Part shown: positions 61,646-64,000 of the stretch, piece by piece
Layout of the letters: each line of letters starts with the position of its first letter
Numbering within the stretch: position 1 is the first letter of the stretch
Notes under the pieces: generated by a model
The model's database searches: none
Seen by the model: only the letters and a program-made list of their open reading frames with translations
Told to the model about the DNA's origin: nothing
NCBI RefSeq assembly: GCF_030684315.1
Contig: NC_081362.1
Span: 96,393,187-96,457,186 of the forward strand
Reading direction: 5' to 3'
DNA length: 64,000 nt
Source of the DNA: Stegostoma tigrinum
Taxonomy: Eukaryota
Position numbers and translations under genes: made by a program

Positions 61646-64000
61646 AGATGAAACAGAAGGAATTGATTGATTTCTCTTTGATTTTCAGTCATAGCCTGTT
61701 ATGGAACAGAGAATTTCTGTGCGTTACAAATTTTGATTTGTAATCATTCTAGTTGCACAGAAGTTCCTCCCAGATGTGGCCCCATTTCTCAAAGTCCTTG
61801 TGTGAAAAATGCAGCAAAAACCAACAGCTGCGTTCCATTTCCTTGCCCCAACAGGAGGAACCGTTGTTTGGTCTCTGCTCAGCGTTTAATCTCAAAGAAA
61901 AGACAATGAGACCAATTCAGAATGGAATCAAATCATGATTGAGCCCTTTAAACCAGGAATGATGGGGGCGAGGGAAAAACGACAGAGTCACTGTTATACA
62001 GTTTTACAGGAAGGCAGCTGGTGGGAATGCTGGGCGCTGCTCTTCCTTGTCAATGACGGCAATCAAACAAACTCAGCACAGAGAGTGCACCATCGGCCAA
62101 TCACTGCCATATTAGATCTTTGAAAGAGCCAATGTGCTTAGCTCCACAGCCCTGCTCTTTATCAATGGCCCTCTATGTCCCTCATCCTCAAGTACCTGCT
62201 CAAACCCATCTTCAAATTCCTTATGAAATCAGCTTTGAACATTTTTTCAGGTCAAGTGCTCCAGATCTCAACAACTCTCTCCAGTGAAAATATTTCTCCT
62301 TATCTCCTACCCTTTTTCTTGCGATTGACGGTGTGTAAAATATATCATTTTTGAAATTTGGAATGAATTAAAAAGAGACACATTTGAATATGGGTTCATT
62401 CTGTGGAAATTCTTTTAAATTGCCAGAAAGTCATTCTGGAACAGTGATTCAATGCAATTGTTCCAAGAAGACATGTGACTACCAGCAGAGAATTGGGAAT
62501 ATGTCAGGAGTGTTCCAGAAATAAGTTGCTTTTACTTCTGGGTTTATGACGAGCTGCATACATACATGATGCTTTTCACTTTGTTTTGGGTTCAGGTCAA
62601 AAAAGTCCTGATATTTAATCATAAATAATCAAGAGTAAAATTCATAATTAAATTTTTGTTTTTCTCTCTCAGCTGACGTTCTAAATGCAGAAAGGATGGG
62701 TCGTGGTATACTAGCTTTGGAAATCCACTGTGCCCATTTGCACATGCCCCCTGCTGACTGTTTCTCTCTTCTCACTCCTTCCCCAGCCTCTCCCCACTAC
62801 CGCTCCCCGGCCAGCTGGAATTCCAATCCCAGAGATAGTACGAACTGCTGATGCTAGAGTCAGAGATAACACAGTGTGGAGCTGGAGGAACACACAGGCC
62901 AAGGACCATGAGGGAGTAGGAAAGTAGATGTTTCAGGTCAGGATCCTTCTTCAGAAATAGAGGAGGGGGAAGGAAGCTGGGAAATTAATAGAGAGAGGAG
63001 GGATGGGGCTGGCGACGCTATGAGGGATGGTGATGAGTGAGCGCAGGTAAAGAGTGGCGGGATTGGTGGGTTACATGGAGGGGTGGATAGGTGGGAGAGA
63101 ATATGGACAGGTTGTGTCAGATTAAGGACACATCCCCACCCCATCCACTTTCCGTTGGGACCGTGGTCTCCATGACTCATTCGTCCAGTCCATATTCCCC
63201 ATTAGCCCCACCTCCTTTTGGATCTTTCCCTGCAACCTTGCAAACCCTGCATATCAGACAGAGGTTTACCTGCACATCCACTAATGTGGCCTATTGCATC
63301 CGCTGCTCCCGGTGCGACCCCTTCAACATTGGTGAGTCCAATTGGAGGCTCAGAGACCACTTTATAGAGCAGCCGTGCTCTGTTCGTGACAAATGACAAC
63401 ACCTCCCAGTTGCAAACCATTTTAACTCCCACTCCCACTCCCTGAGTGACATGTCCCTCCTGGGCCTCCTGCAGTGTCACAATGATGCCACCCAGTAACT
63501 GGAGAGCAGCACCTCATATTCCACATTGGGAGCCTATGGTCCAATGGCCCAAATGTGGATTTTAAACGTTTCAAAATCTCAGCGGTCTCATCCCAAGACC
63601 AACCCTCCCTCTCATCCCTGTCTCTTTGACTTGTCTGCTTCTCTCCCACCTATCCGCTTCTCCCACCTCACTGACTAATCTCCACCACTTCCTACCTGCA
63701 TCCATCTATCACCATCACACCTATCCTCACCATCCGCACCCCTCCTCTCGCTGTTTATTTCTGAGTGCCCCCCCCTCACCTATTTCTGAAGAAGAGTCCT
63801 GACCCAAAACATCAACTTTCCTGCTCCTATGATGCTGCCTGGACTGCTGTGTTCCTCCAACTCCCCACTGTTTTCTGGGACTCCAATTGTAGTTTGACTG
63901 AAATGCTTAAGTTTTAGGTGAAACCTGTGTCCCATGCTCCCCCTCCCTGGAGTGGGAAGCCAAATGATGAAGTGAAGAGAAGTGGGAATGAGGCAGTAAA

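Noticed and set aside
61689-61910. Cys-rich open frame after a strong + strand acceptor
   Set aside because: No recognisable domain spacing and no linked exons

Overview
This is eukaryotic, repeat-rich vertebrate DNA, most likely from a cartilaginous fish (shark-type tRNA-derived SINEs, CR1/HER1-like LINEs and Penelope-like elements). No rRNA, real tRNA, operon or CRISPR array is visible. Most ORFs in the supplied track are retroelement debris or chance frames. One spliced host gene can be rebuilt by hand on the + strand (about 22.3-55.7 kb), with consistent AG/GT sites and phases. It encodes a type I immunoglobulin-superfamily receptor: a putative 21-nt leader mini-exon, two germline-joined VJ-type V domains (24778-25131, 42242-42586), a dead third V exon (43425-43753), an uncharged TM (44720-44870) and five small cytoplasmic exons. 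The ~90-aa tail carries VYETV, YRVP and a split ITAM (ESTYM|TLQLQDCSTYSEL) with CD79a/FcR-gamma/DAP12-type intron placement. I cannot assign it to a named gene, and the ATG exon was not found. Two signalling exons have small local duplicates (46023-46181, 51693-51759). The window also holds many Penelope-derived units carrying a minimal hammerhead-ribozyme motif and 13-16 bp target-site duplications; one of them has captured inverted host DNA. There is a near full-length CR1, nested tandem duplications, and a weakly supported 3' end of a convergent gene near 60 kb. Repeat boundaries were read by eye and are approximate.
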